64,000 bases of DNA from the human T2T-CHM13v2.0 reference genome, Homo sapiens, in NCBI RefSeq assembly GCF_009914755.1, contig NC_060928.1. One strand, given 5' to 3'. The notes below the pieces were generated by a model. The model saw only the letters and a program-made list of their open reading frames with translations. It was not told where the DNA came from and did no database searches. Below, in pieces: positions 13,720 through 28,251 of this stretch (the first letter of the stretch is position 1; each line of letters begins with the position of its first letter). A program made the translations under genes and the position numbers.

Positions 13720-14140
13720 TAAAGTTTACCATATTTAAAGGGGCTTTTTTCAAAATAGGTAAAACTTCAAAAAATGATAATCATATATTGGTAAGATATT
13801 GTGAAATTGATATTCTTCTACATTACTGGTGATAATGTTGATTAATTTTTTTTGAAAGAAAACTAGAAAGTATGTATCATTCCTCCTCAAATAATCTTAT
13901 ATATTAAAATGTATCATAAGAATAAAAAATGTTTTAAAATGAAAAAACCTCAGTGCCTGCAAATGAGATTTAATATAGCATATCTTTTGATATTTTAAAA
14001 GAAAACTAAAAAAAATCAAACTATAACATGTTCAAGAGTAAAGGACTGGATAAGAAAATAATATTATGACATTGAAAAGATTTATGTGGTCATTAAACTA
14101 CTTGCAAAGAATATGAAACAACACAATAATGCCTTCATTA
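13720..14140 (+). mobile_element. Degenerate L1ME-type fragment
   Basis: 'tgataatcatatattggtaagatattgtgaaattgatattcttctacattactggtg' resembles the old L1 ORF2 end and 3'UTR. Confidence 0.5.
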
Positions 14141-14683
14141 AAAATCACTATAAAAGTGTATAGTAAGAAAATTAAGCTTAATATTGATTATTCTAAATAA
14201 TTACATGTCTAATTTTGACAACTATATTTTTCTGAAGCTCAATTGATCTGTATATTGTATAAAGCAGACTTATATATGTCATATAATAACATTCAATTTG
14301 GTGAGCATATGGAAAGCCATGTTACCCTAAATTGACCATTCTTGAAAGTATCATGAAGGCTCTTCTAGGGTTGTAATGATTAACCAAAAACAAGACATTA
14401 CATTTCTTTTCAGGCACAAGCCAAATGACTCATGCACCACAGAGTAAAATTTGAGGAACTCAAGCAATTATTCATGTGTCAAATTGGACACACACTCACA
14501 TACACATACAAAAGTCTTGAAAAAGAAAACCTAGCTTTGCTTTCAGACATTCTATTAGCTACAGACTTATAAGACCAGATTAAACTTTTTAATTTTCCCT
14601 GAACGTTTATAAACTCATCTCCTACCTGTCTGGTTCCTAAAGCTAATGCTCTGTCATTAAGCCAACAAAACAAGATTAGTGTA

Positions 14684-15035
14684 TGATATGGTTTGGCTGT
14701 GTCCCCACCCAAATCTCAACTTGAATTGCATCTCCCAGAATTCCCCTTGTGTTGTAGGAGGGACCCAGGGGATGGTAATTGAATCATGGGGGCTGGTCTT
14801 TCCTGTGCTATTCTCACGATAGTGAATAAGTCTCACGAGATCTGATGGGTTTATCATGGGTTTCTGCTTTTGCTTCTTCCTCATTTTTCTCTTGCCGCCA
14901 CTGTGTAAGAAGTGCCTTTCACCTCCTGCCATGATTCTGAGGCTTCCCCAGCCAGGTGGAACTGTCTAATTAAATCTCTCTTTCTTCCCAATCTGAGGTA
15001 TGTCTTTATCAGCAGCCTGAAAACAGACTAATACA
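14684..15035 (+). mobile_element. THE1 MaLR solo LTR (THE1A-like)
   Basis: TGATATGGTTTGGCTGTGTCCCCACCCAAATCTC...CAGACTAATACA. Confidence 0.93.
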
Positions 15036-15821
15036 GTATCATAGCCAGGATTTTGGTCCAGATGACCTTTATCTCCCAGTATTATACTTGTGAATGTGTT
15101 ACCTTACCTGACAAGGGGATTTTGCATATGGAATTAAGGCTGCTTATCAGCTGATTTTAAATTAGGGACATTATCCTGAGCTGTCAGTAGGACCCCAGTG
15201 TAATCACATGTGCCTTTATAAATGGCAGTGGTTTACATACATTTTAAAAATTTATTCCTTACAATAATTATTTAAAGGAGAAAATATTGTATGCTAGATG
15301 TCTTCCATTTGTTCCTCCAGACCCACTTTCCATCCTTCTCCTTTCTGAGGAGGAGGTGGTTAGAAAAAAAAGAAGAAGACAACAAAAGAGTAGATGAGAG
15401 AGATGTGGCAAAAGAAGAGGCAGAAGAGAAGAGGCAAGAGAAGGATTCTCCCACCCATTGCTGTCTTTAGAGATGCAGGCTATGAGCCAAAAAGCACAGA
15501 TAGCTCCGGAAGCTGAGGACAAGCCACACTGCCCACACTCCCGCAACTGCCCAGAACTGAATTTTGCCAATTACCTGCATAAATCAGAAAATGGATGCTC
15601 ACTAGAGTCTCCAGAAGGGAGCCTGGCTTGCTGACACCTAGATTTTTGTCTTGTGAGACTGATCAGAGGAATTATCCCAGCACACTTGACTTCTGAAATT
15701 GTGATATATCTATGCCTGCAGAAACCCATGACATGCAGAAACTATGAGTTAATAAATGAATGTTGTTTTAAGCCATCAAGTGTGTGGTAATTTGTCACAG
15801 CAGCCCTAGAAAACGAATAGA
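15036..15821 (+). mobile_element. MLT1 MaLR LTR (MLT1E/F-like)
   Basis: 'aaggggattttgcatatggaattaagg', 'aactgaattttgccaa' and terminal 'tgttgttttaagccatcaagtgtgtggtaatttgtcacagcagccctagaaaac'. Confidence 0.8.
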
Positions 15822-18800
15822 CTCTCTAACTAACATTGGTGTTTCAAATTTACCATAGGCACTGTGTATATAATCTCCCTCATACACATGTTTCCATTGA
15901 TATTCAACAAAGAAGAAAAAGAAAAGGGAGGGGGAGAAAGTGAAGGGTCGTGGAAAGCAGTAGCTCAAGAAAAGGAAGAAGGAGAACTAACAAGAGGAGG
16001 AATAAGAGGAGAAAGGAAGAAAAAAATACCATTTTACAAAAAAGAGAATGCAAAGCAACTCACAGACATTTAGTTGTAAGCTATTGCTTAATTACCAAAT
16101 CAAGATTTTTTTACTTCAGCTACTGAATCCAGGTGAAAGAAACTATCTCTGTTCTATTTATAACATGAAAGAGTTCTAAAGCACATATGTTTAACAAATT
16201 GCATTTGCACTTTATCATCTCAACACTCTTTCACTAGAATGAACAGATAAGCCCACTTCCTCCAAAATAACTGGTGTGGGATTGTACCTATGGTGCACCC
16301 ATCTTATACTCTTTGTGTTTAAAGGACTAGATCATAGGTTGTCTATGAAGGGAAATGCTAATATCATGTTTGCTAAGGTTTACACCAGCCAAAGTGCATT
16401 GAATTCTAATCTTAGAGTCAATTAGAAGCACAATTATCACATCTCCCCTTCTTTCTTCCCACAGAAATATCTTCATTACCAACACAGTGCTTGGCCAGCA
16501 GGGCAGTGGTTAAGACTAAACACCCAACCCTCAAAATCCCAGGTTATATTTAAGCACATTTTCATGTATTAAAATGAAACAGTCTATCCTGGGATTGGCT
16601 CAGAAGCAAGTTAATTCTTGTTAATGGATTTTTTGTTGTTGTTGTTCTAGAGGAAAATCCCCTTAAAAGCTCCCCTGGTGTGGCTTTCTATTGGAGCTGG
16701 CCTGAAGACAGAAATTTCCTAGAATGAGAAGGTTTTTTGCACTAGGGAAATGTTTAAACATAGCCATTGATTCTGCTGGCCAAATACATAACAGAGATCA
16801 ACATTGCAAGAAGTACTGGAGCTTAATAATATCGAACACTTTCCCATACTGAGGGTTATTCATACTAAATATTAGTCTGGAAGTCTATTCTGATGCTGTC
16901 CCTATCCACTCTTAACTCTCCACATTTCCTCCTCATACATGTAATTTTTTCCAGGTGTACAACAAAAGCCCCTTTCCTTCAACAAACAGCCTGCAGATAA
17001 TTGTGTTTTTCCTCATGTACAGAGGAAAAAGGGCATACATACAACACAGCACAAAATAGATCCAAATACATAGCCTCATAGAAAAACTAGAAAAATAATA
17101 CCTGTGGAAGTTTACTCAAGCACCAACCTTTCTCTCTTTTTGCTTTCTAAGAAGGATCATCCACTGTCAATGGTAACTCTGAGACTCTTAGGATGAAGCT
17201 TGGCTAGCTAAGTTTCTACCACCATCCCTACCCAACCAATTGTGAGTGAAGAATTTATTAACCTGAATAACGATGGTCCACTATACTAGTGTACACTCAA
17301 AACTGTTTATGATGACTCCAGTGAAACTAAAATTTTAACATAGGCAGGTAGATACAACATGCATTTGCTCTCCAGCCTGGGAGAGGTGGGGTGGAATGTT
17401 TTATATGGATGCTATATGTCTATTTCATGTTATTTTTTAAGGTTCACTCATAAATCATTTTCAGAGACACATGCACATATATAGACATACACACTGAATT
17501 CTTCATTCACAAGATTCATATGAAATTTTATTCTATAATAAAGCTACTTCTCTTATACTACTACTGGCATTTTACCTCTATGTTTCTCATCCATCAATGC
17601 TATGAAAATTATATAATGAGATATACCCTACTGTTGCCTAAAGCATATGTGCAAATTAATCATTTTCATTTTTGTACATAGAGAGAATATAGAGAATTCA
17701 AGATCAACTGGAAAAAGGTACTTTCAAGTGGAGGTTCTATTTGACCCCAATAATAACATTAATTTTTTCATGTGTTGCCAACAATGTGATCCCTTAGCCT
17801 CTTAAATTATATGAATCATGTCGCATTATTAACATTATTTCAAAATCAATGTAATTTAATGCCATGTAATTTGTATATTTGTGAGTTAAGAGGTGCAGGG
17901 CATCCATTTCTCCTTTACTAGATTAAAAAAGTGGGAGAGGATTACACCAATAACTGTTTGATTTGTTCAATCATAGGGTAAAAGTAAATCAGAATGAAGT
18001 GATGAAGATCAACAGTACACAGATTGGATAATTCAGTAATTCTAATGCAGATATCTTTTATCAAAGGTAGTCTTTTCTTTTATTTTTTCAGAATGTAAGC
18101 ATAAATATTGTCTGCTTTGCAATGAGATGCAATGATAGCATAGAGTTGCCAAGAGGCTCGAGCTGTTCTGTCCTCATCGACATGAATGGGTCTTGCCTGA
18201 ATGTTTAGAGGAAGAGATAAGATGCAAGCAACTGTTTTCCCCCTGGTACCCTTGACTTACAACTACAGCTATTCCAAAAGTTTTTGTTTTTCCTTTAGGC
18301 TATGAGAAGTTTAAGTCTCTGTTTGAAATATATTACAAATAGGAAACAGAACACTTTATAACAAAAAATGTGGAGGAGAGTAGTAGAGGTGAAAAAATAA
18401 AAAAAGGTTTCCTACAGTTCTTGGTTGCCCTATTAATATGCTTATTGATCACATTGAGGGTCTTCTAAGAATGGACAGCTTTGAAAATAGCTATAACAAC
18501 TGTACAAGTCACTCCATCTATCAATATTTGACTTCTGCATAATAAACCATTCATTGGCATTTGACAGATATTTATGATTTTCAAGTGAAGCACTGTTGTT
18601 TATTTTGATTTTGATTTATAATTTGAAATAATCTTCCCAGAAGAATATTAAATATTGTGCTTGACACATTAGTTGAAGTTGTGTCATCATCTATTACTAA
18701 AATATACCGACATAAAATATTAGATGGTTTTCTGTCAGCCTAAAATATTTCTGACAGTGAATCTTAAATAGATCATTAATGTTCATACTTCTGTTGCATG

Positions 18801-19251
18801 CTGAAAGATTCAGCTGATGATTGAAGGGCCTTTTCAACTTTCAGAGTTGTACTGAGTTTTACAGATCATAGAATAACATAGCTGGAGCAATCTTAGTTAT
18901 TCTTTAGTTTTAGAACAGCTAAAAGTTTAAAGAGGTTAAGTGATTGTTAACAACCTACAGGTGAAATTTGTATTAAGTAAAATAGCCCTTTAGTTATAAA
19001 AACTAAATAAAAATTCCACATATCAGAAAATATGCAGAAAACGTTTCTAGTCTTGTGCATGGTATTATGTCTGATCCTTTCAAATGGGTTAGTACTTTAG
19101 ATATTGAAGAAATTAGAGAAGCATGTTTTATCACAACGCCAGAATGTGGTATCATTAGGTGGTTCAAACACTTTTAAACTCTATTCCTAGGACAGGTTAG
19201 TACCATTTGGATAACTAATGTTTGATTCTGTCAATAGTGAAAAGTCAGTGA

Positions 19252-19571
<320 letters not shown>

Positions 19572-21602
19572 TAATAAAGTTTAGATAGTTGGATTTTGAT
19601 AAATATTCATTCATCCAGTTTAACAAAATGTCATACAAACAGTATGCATATTAATATGTTTTGTTATGATGATGAAACTGTGCAAATGGAAAAAGCCCAT
19701 ACCACACAAATGGGAATTCATTTGCCTTCCAGCAATTTATTTTCACTTCCCGGCCTCCAAATTAATAGTAACTATAATAAAATGTGTTTGGAAAGGAGGT
19801 TTGATCATTATATTTCTCCTTTTCCAGACTATGCAAACTAATAAATCATAATTAACACTAGGGATATTTTAAGCAGGATCCATTTTACCATTATTTTTAT
19901 AATATATAATTGCAGCTACAAATGTATGCTCCTGAATAGCTACTTAAATTTTTTTTTCAGAGAAACACATTTGTTTAAAATTGTAAAAATTTATAAGAGA
20001 GGGAGATTAGGGAACTTCTAACCTTTATAAACATACTCTTCATTCTTACTCACATGGTTCATTTCTTAAATATGGTAAACATTCTACTTTCAAAACAGCA
20101 CATAATTTCTCCTTACCTATCCATAATGTCATTTAGTTGATCAGAAGATGCATTTTATTATCATTTTGTCACTAACTTAAAGAGTTGATGCATATTCCTA
20201 CACTGTACAAATTGCTATATTCCCACTTAAGAAAATAAGATATATACAATTGTGATACATGTTAGGTAATAAGTTTCAGTGTTAATGAATGCCACCTTAT
20301 TGGTGCTAGCTACATTTCACTCATTACGACAGATAATATAAATGGACCTTAAGCATAATGGTTCGTACAGAAAGTTAAGAATTCAAATTAACTGAGCCCT
20401 CTGTAGTATTAAACACCTACTTTGAACTTCAAACCAAGAAGATCAAAAGGTGTAATTTTCAACTTCAGATTGCAATTAAAAAGGTCAATTCAGCATGTAT
20501 ATTTGTTATCTCTAGTTCAATATGATGAATTTAAGAGACAGCCTATGATTTTCATAAAGGTCACTGGAGTTGGAAATGCCAAATCTCATTAGTCTTAATC
20601 AGCTGATATAAAAGTTACCTATCTGCCTTTATGCTTAATGCAAGATTACTCAATTTCTTCATTAAATGAATCTTTTAAAACTCCATGCTTCCTGAAATGT
20701 GTTTTGTTCTAGGAAGATAACTTTTTAAAAACTATTGCATTGTATGTTTAATTTAAAGTTAAAAATATTTCTGTTCTGCCAGCTTAAACACTGTCTTATT
20801 TGAGCTACTTTCTCCATACATTTGATTATAACTAGAAGGTTAAAAGTTTGTATGAATAAATGTATGCAAAGAACATAGCACGTCTCAAGTTTTTACAAGG
20901 AATTCATTTTTTTTTTTAAATTCATGAACTTAAACAGAAAGTTGAACATTTGTGCATATGGTCACACTGCAGAGGGTAATTGGGACCAGCTGTTACACTT
21001 TGTAGTTTCTGAAAGCCTGTGTATTGCCTTCTAGCTACACTGACTTTGTGCAGGCCTTAATAAAAGAAATTAAAGAATGTGCAAGCCTGAATGACTTCCA
21101 CGTCCCTCTTCAGAAGAGCGTTAATTCAGACAAGACATAGGAGGCATAGCTTTTCCATTGCCATTCATCTATGACCCACATGCAGAAGAAATGATTTTTC
21201 ATGGGCATTATTTAGTGACTTGCAAACTTTAATCACTCTGCTTGTTTCATTTAAATCTATCTTCTTATAGTAAAGTATCTTAACCATGTCAGAGTCAACA
21301 GTTTGTAAACACACACAAACACGAACACACACAAACACACACACAACAACATTTAGCATCTCACTTTTCATATCCTTGCTTAAAATATTTCCAGGTGTAA
21401 GATATGATAAAATAGCACATATTGCATTAGACAGAAATTTATATTTAAGGGAAGCATGATAGAATTGTGATATTCAAAATTCTTCTTTCAAAATGTCAGT
21501 GTACATCAGTATTTAGTTATAATGAAAAAATAAATAATTGTTCAGGCAAGGATTTTTGGAAGATGGTGGCAGCAACTTTAAAAAATCTTACTGAATACCC
21601 AC

Positions 21603-22051
21603 TGTGGTAGATAAAACAAAGACCCCCCACAGATGTTTATAACCGAATCCTTAAAACCTGTGAATATGTTAAATTATGTGGCAAAGGGGATTTTGCAGAT
21701 ATGATTAAATTAAAGATATTGAGATGGGGGATTATCCTGGATTATCCAGTGGGCTCAATATAATCACGAGGAAAGAGAGAGACAGAAGTGTCAGAGTCAA
21801 AGTAAACTACGAAGACACTATGCTACTGCCTTTGAAGGATGAAGAAAAAGTCCAGGAGGTCAGGAACTCCGGCAGCCTGGCAACTGGAAAAGGCAATACC
21901 CATAAGCAATACAGCTTTGCAGACACCTTGGTTTTATCCCAGTGAGACTGATGCTGGACTTCTGATCTCCAGATCTCTAAGACAATAAAGTGTTGTTTCA
22001 AGTGGCTGAATTTGTTGTAAATTGTTACGGCAGCCATAGGAAACTAATATA
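21603..22051 (+). mobile_element. MLT1 MaLR LTR (MLT1D-like)
   Basis: TGTGGTAG start, 'ggcaaaggggattttgcagatatgattaa', and end 'aattgttacggcagccataggaaactaata'. Confidence 0.85.
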
Positions 22052-23047
22052 ACGGTAGAAAACTCAACCGTAAAATCAAAATCACTGGGCAACATTTACA
22101 ACAAAATTAGGCCACAAGATACGCCTAGGAGCACCAAAATCTTGACTGGAATAAACAAATCCTACAAAGTACTTGCAACTATGTGGGAAGCAAAAAACAG
22201 AATCAACAGAGTAGCGTCCAAGGCACCAGAAAAGACGAAGACATAAAACTTGGAAGTGTGCAGGGATGAAACTAGGATGGAAGGGGGCAGCGCTTTACAG
22301 CAGGTGAGTGCAGGGGGCTGACAGTAAGAATGACCGAAGGGGCGGGAGAAGCTCCACCTCTATGAACCCTAAAGAGTGACCTATCAGGATTCCTTTCTAA
22401 GAAACGGACAATGCTGTGAGCAAAATCAAAATGGAACAAGACACGAATATCAGAAAAAAAGGTGAAATGTTCCATCAAAATGTTGGAGCCCTCAGAGCCA
22501 GGAAATCACAGAAAACAAGCTGTCATGTAATTTTATGTCACCATGAGAGAGCAAGAGAGAGAGAGAGAACAGAACCCCTGTGAAGTTAGAATGTTTCCTA
22601 ATTCTAAACTTCCAAGAAAATCTTACACAAAAATAAACAAGAGAAAAGTTTGAGGTCAAACCCTATACAAAATTACAGAAAGAAAAAAGAGAATAAGATC
22701 CCTACTGACAATTACAGCGTACTCTTAAGATGTACTCAATAAAGCAGATCAAAATATCAAAAGTTATTGAGAAAATAATGATAAAAACTAACCAGCATAA
22801 GAATAGTTGGGGTCCCTAAGAAGACAACTAAAATGGGAGAACAGGCTAACCACAAAAAGTAATTAATCCACGTAAACATTACAGAACAATAAACTTTCCC
22901 TGAAATGAAAGATTTTAATCTACATGTTGAGGAAGCACACTAGACCCCAACATCAAGACATAGTCTCATAAAATTATTGGTCTTTCTAAAAAAGAAAAAA
23001 TATTTGGGGCCTTAAAAATATAAATGTACAATTTATCATTAGGCATT

Positions 23048-23367
<320 letters not shown>

Positions 23368-24904
23368 TAGACGTTTTAACAACAGTGGTTTATGCTGAAT
23401 AAAATGAGAAATTTATTAAAGAAAACCAAGGAAAGAAAGTGAGCAAATAATTTTATATTCAGAAAAAGCGACTTTTGAGTATTAAGAACACAGAAAAACT
23501 GTTGTTATTAATAACATGAAAGAATTAGAGAATGTTGTTCCTTGAGGACTTCCTAAGTGATTGACGAGAACATATACTTTATATAACCAAAACAACTAGA
23601 GAGACATCAATACATAAATGAGCGCAAAGATCTGAAATGAAAACTAAATGCGGTTTAAGAAGGAGTGAGCATAGTAGGCCCTGGTCATGTACTCTTTTAA
23701 ATATAGGATAATTGTTTTTAAATGACGGAAGAACAGGGAAAATAAATGCAACAGTTATTCATGTTTTTATAATTATATTAATAATAGCATTAATGTGATT
23801 ATTTTGCAACTGGCATGTGTAATATAGGCTTAAAACAAGCAAGCAGTTATGTGTATCCTTGAGAACCAGGATTCTTGCTATGAAAGGAAGGATGCTTAGA
23901 TGTCATTGAGAAGAGGTAAAATAAAGGCTCTGTAGTCCTGATTTTGAATTGGAATCAATATGATCTCATAAGGTTTGTTATCTTTGCATACAAGTGCAGT
24001 TGTTTCCTTGCTCAGTCCACTGAAAGGGCCTAGAAACCATGATCAAATCATTAACAGTAAATATCTCTTGTATCTGGTTCAAAGATCTTATGTAACATTC
24101 CCACTAAAATAAAACAGTGTTTCCTGAAAAAGAAATGGCTAATTCCAGTTCTGGAGCAGGACATGTTCAATATGAGCCACATCTTATACCAGATAACAAA
24201 AAAATTGTCAAAGATTTAACAGGGTTATGCCAAAGGAACTCAGGTGCCAACTTCAAGAGGTTTCCATTGGCTGCGGATGGAGTAATTTGAGCTTAAATGT
24301 TGATAACAACTGCAAAGGACTTAAACCCATCAAACATGTGTAAAGCCATGTGTTCATAATTTTATTTTAAAACAAACCAGTCCCCTTTAGATTCATTTAA
24401 AAAAATAAACATTCACACTGCCTTCCCATATCAACCACTGGATTACCACATAATTGATGCTGGAATGTGTCTCTGTATAACAACATCTCAGATAATAATA
24501 AAAAAGAGAAGTGATAGCATTAGAATACTTTCATATTGCAACTGCCAATGAATTAATAGATACAAGTAGTAGCATTAATGGCTACTAAAATCACAAAAAG
24601 ATAGACAACCAGATAGCATTTTTTAATAGATCTTTCCAGATACTATCTATAATCATCTATAACCATGTCAAAGGGATGAAAATCTCTAAATCCAGCAGCC
24701 ATTTAGCAGAATGTAAAGAGAAAAATGACCACATCGAACTGAACCATGAGTATGCAATCAACAAAGCTCACTTTCTTCAGTGGATAAATTACCAGGAAAA
24801 TAAAGGGTTTGAGGTATTACTTATAAACTAAGACATGTTGCTATAGTCTTATAAATGTATAAACTAATAAGATTTGCTAAATATAACCACTGTAAAGTTA
24901 ATTC

Positions 24905-25110
24905 TTACTACATACCTGATGCCGTACTAAAGTTTTAGACTTTACTTTGATCCTCACAATTTTTTGAATTAAGTGCATTTTTACCAGTTTACAGTGAAGA
25001 AAGCTTAGATACATAAAGTGTATGCATTTAGTCAAGGTCAGAATGCCCACAGATCATGATTCTAAGATTTTAATCTTCACCAATTGAAATAAAAGCCTAT
25101 AGTTTTAATA
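24905..25110 (-). mobile_element. MIR
   Basis: 'tttgatcctcacaat...ccagtttacagtgaagaaa...gtcaaggtca'. Confidence 0.6.
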
Positions 25111-25704
25111 CTATAGTATATTTAGTGTTATACATTATATATTATACAATTATAATAATTCTTTTCTGTAAGAAATTGGAAATATGATGCATGCATATAG
25201 AAATTTAAACCACATATTACAATATAATATTATAATTAAAATTTTCTTACACTCAAAATAAAGCACCTTGTATTTCAGGAATACGTCACAGTCAAGGACT
25301 TGAATCATGTTGTAAAAGCAACATAATACTTTGTCAGTGAGATCATTTGATTCATAGATAAAATGAGTGATATAAAACTTCCAGAATGCCTGGAAATTCA
25401 TTAGAAGGTTATGTGCAGATGGAAGTTAGGGAGTCCCAGGCAGCGCATAGCATGTGCAAAGGCACAGAGGCATAGTGTGTCCTGGAAACGTATGTGTTTG
25501 GTATGATAAGAACAAAGGATGGTTCAGCAGGAGAGCTGCAGTATGTACAAATGCAGTCATACTGTAGAGGGTCTTGTAGTTCAGAAAGGATGTTAATATT
25601 TATAATTTGGAATGGCATAATCACAGTTGTATTGTAGTTAATTTACTTTGGATACATTGTATAAGAACAGAGTTCACAATCAGCTGTGTAGATACGAAGA
25701 GGAT

Positions 25705-25850
25705 CTGTAGAGAGGCCCTGGAAATCCTGGAAACTTGAAAAATTGAACACAAAATGTTGAATATGTATGTTTGTGCATCTTTCCTGGGAGACAGCCGATA
25801 ACTTTTAGCTGATTATCAAAGCATTCCATAGAATCATAATGTTAGAAGAT
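25705..25850. mobile_element. hAT-Charlie MITE fragment (MER103-like)
   Basis: 'tgtgcatctttcctgggagacagccgataacttttagctgattatcaaag' resembles MER103C. Confidence 0.45.
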
Positions 25851-25874
25851 GTTATGTATACCACTTAGGAAATT

Positions 25875-26320
25875 TATTAGTGTCCCAGGGTTTCTGTAAG
25901 ACAAAGTACCACAAACTGAGTGGCTTAAAAGAACAGAAATTTATTCTCTGTCATTAGTGAAGGCTAGAATCAAGGTTTCAGGAGAAATATGTTCCTTCCA
26001 AATCTTCCAGGGAAAATCCTGCCTTGACTCTTCCATCTCCCGGTAGCTCCAAGCACTCCTTGACTTGTGACCGCATAAGTCCAAATTCTGCGTGTCTTCG
26101 TATGACCTTCTTCTCTCTGTTGGCTGTGTGTGTACCCTCTCTTTTTATAAGGACGTCAGTCCTTGAACTTAGTGTACATAATCATCTACAATAATAATAC
26201 AGTGACTTCATTTTGAGATCCCTAACTAATTTCATCTGCACACCCGATTTCCAAATAAGGTCACATTCTGAGGTTCCAGGTGGGCATGATTTTTTAGGGG
26301 ACACTATTCAACACCCTGCA
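25875..26320 (-). mobile_element. MLT1 MaLR LTR (MLT1B-like)
   Basis: 'caaagtaccacaaactgagtggcttaaaa' and 'tttccaaataaggtcacattctgaggttccagg...gggacactattcaac'. Confidence 0.88.
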
Positions 26321-27854
26321 AGAAACTATTATTTTAGTCCAGGAGAGATACGACAAAGAAGGAGTGCACAAATGAAAGAGAGAGTATTCAGAACATCATT
26401 TTTTGGTGTATGATTGGATTTAATAATTAGAGTTAGGAAATAATTAAAGATGGATCCAAGGTCTCTACTTTGGGAGAGGGAGAGATTGTTATCTCATTAG
26501 CTGAGATAGGAAATAAAGATGTAGGTTTGAGAGTACATCTGTGTAGTGGGTTTGATTTGGACATATTAACATGAATAGGCCTTTCTGCTCTCTTAGGGAG
26601 AGATGTCTCAGAAGCCATAAGAAATAAACTTTAATCTCAGCCTGTGTTGAAAGAGAAGTTTTGATGGAAGAACAAAATTAAAGAGATAGAAAGGGGATTA
26701 TATTCAGAAAGAGGAATACTCACATGTGAGAATCTTTGAAAATGAAATAGCTCTGAATGTTCAGTTGTTTCACTGAAGATTTCAAGGAGGAAATCCACAC
26801 AGCAGAAGAATCAAAATTCAATGGGAAGAGAAAAACATGACAGAAAATTGTGACAACATTTCCAGAAGCATAAGTGGAAAGAAAGAGAAAGGTAGTTAGA
26901 GGAGACTACAGGATCAAGTCAGGGGTTTGACTTTTGAGGTAAAGAAATATGTTTATGTTCCAAAGGAAAGAAATCACTGAAAAGGAAAGGATTAAAGAGA
27001 AATAGGAAGACAAAAATTTGGTGGGCAAGACATAGGAGGATAAATAGGGAAGGAATTTTTAGCACATGACGTTTTAGCCACAGTTACACCTCCCTGATGG
27101 GCAGAGTTGGTTGTATGCAAAGTCCAGGGGCAGAAGCAGGGAAGAGAAGGTCATCCTCAATATCATAATTTATCTGGGGAGAAGTAGGGCATATCACTTG
27201 CTGATGTTGAGGTTGCTAATGGCTTGAGGAGTGTGATGACAGTTTAGAACAGCCCCTGGATTGCAAAGAACATGAACAGAAACTAGAGGGTTGTTGCTGA
27301 ACTTTGGATTATACTTATGGTAACCTCATCACTGAGAACTTCCCAGATTGCTGCTTTTCTTACTATACTTCTGGAGTGTGCTGAAAGCCTCTTTGAGGTT
27401 ATTTACCTCTGAGTTTGTAGATGACATTGCCTTTAGTGCTTGTCTATAAATACCAAAGAAAAGTCAGTTTTGTTGTTCATTATTTTCTAAAAGGCTTTTG
27501 GAAATTTATTCAAGATACCATCTTCCACAAAACCTAAAGATTATATTTATGTCCTTGCTGACATCAAGCAATTTATGAAGCTAAATAGAAAGATCAGTCT
27601 TAGAAACAGGGTCATAATATTTCCCTGAAGCTGTCACCCAAGTAAAGCCAAACATGTTAGAGAACTCATTATAAGGAAACTTACCATACACCAGGCCTTG
27701 AAAATGAACTCTGAAAACTTGCCAACTACTTTTGAGATTAAAACAATTTCTGAGCAGCATTTGGTCCTAACTTTAATCTGTAATAAGAGAAGAAAGTGGA
27801 ATTTAATTCATTTTACTACTTTTCAAAGTAAACTACCAGATCAAATAACTGGTT

Positions 27855-28083
27855 GATGATTTAGGGAAAAGGCACTGGAGCCAGATGCCTGTGTTTGAAC
27901 TTGCCCTTTACTAACTTTATGACCTCATATAAATTGCTTTATCTTTCTGTGCTTCAGTTTCATGGTCTGTAAAATGAAGATGAGAATAGAAAGTATCTTA
28001 TGCCTTGTTATAAAATTAAATGAATTAATATTTGTAAGCACATAGCACCTAAAATAGTATTATATGAGTATTTGCGAAATGTG
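27855..28083 (+). mobile_element. MIR
   Basis: 'ctggagccagatgcctgtgtttgaac...ctgtgcttcagtttcatggtctgtaaaatgaagat'. Confidence 0.85.
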
Positions 28084-28251
28084 TTTATTTTAATACACAA
28101 AGGTGACTGGCTGATGTTGGGGCTGCTAATGCCTTGAGGAGTGCTCCCCAAAGAGCACTTACACTTGAGTGCTCTTAAGTGCTCTTACACTTAACATAAA
28201 GGTGTATTAAAGGTTTAGCACACCTTTAATACAACAGTGTATTAAAATAAA
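28084..28251. repeat. Mosaic of nested inverted repeats with a locally copied segment
   Basis: 15-bp perfect outer inverted repeat, 11- and 12-bp internal inverted repeats, and a 34-bp copy of 27200-27233. Confidence 0.88.

Larger units (their letters stand above)
25400..27280 (-). mobile_element. Fragmented L2, interrupted by a MER103-like piece and MLT1
   Basis: 'cccaggcagcgcatagcatgtgcaaaggcacagagg' and 'tctcattagctgagatagg', with purine-rich antisense L2 texture. Confidence 0.6.

Noticed and set aside
18070-18100. Strong acceptor-like polypyrimidine tract TTTTTTCAG (others near 18298 and 19960)
   Set aside because: No convincing paired donor or reading frame. Such pseudo-acceptors are common in AT-rich DNA.
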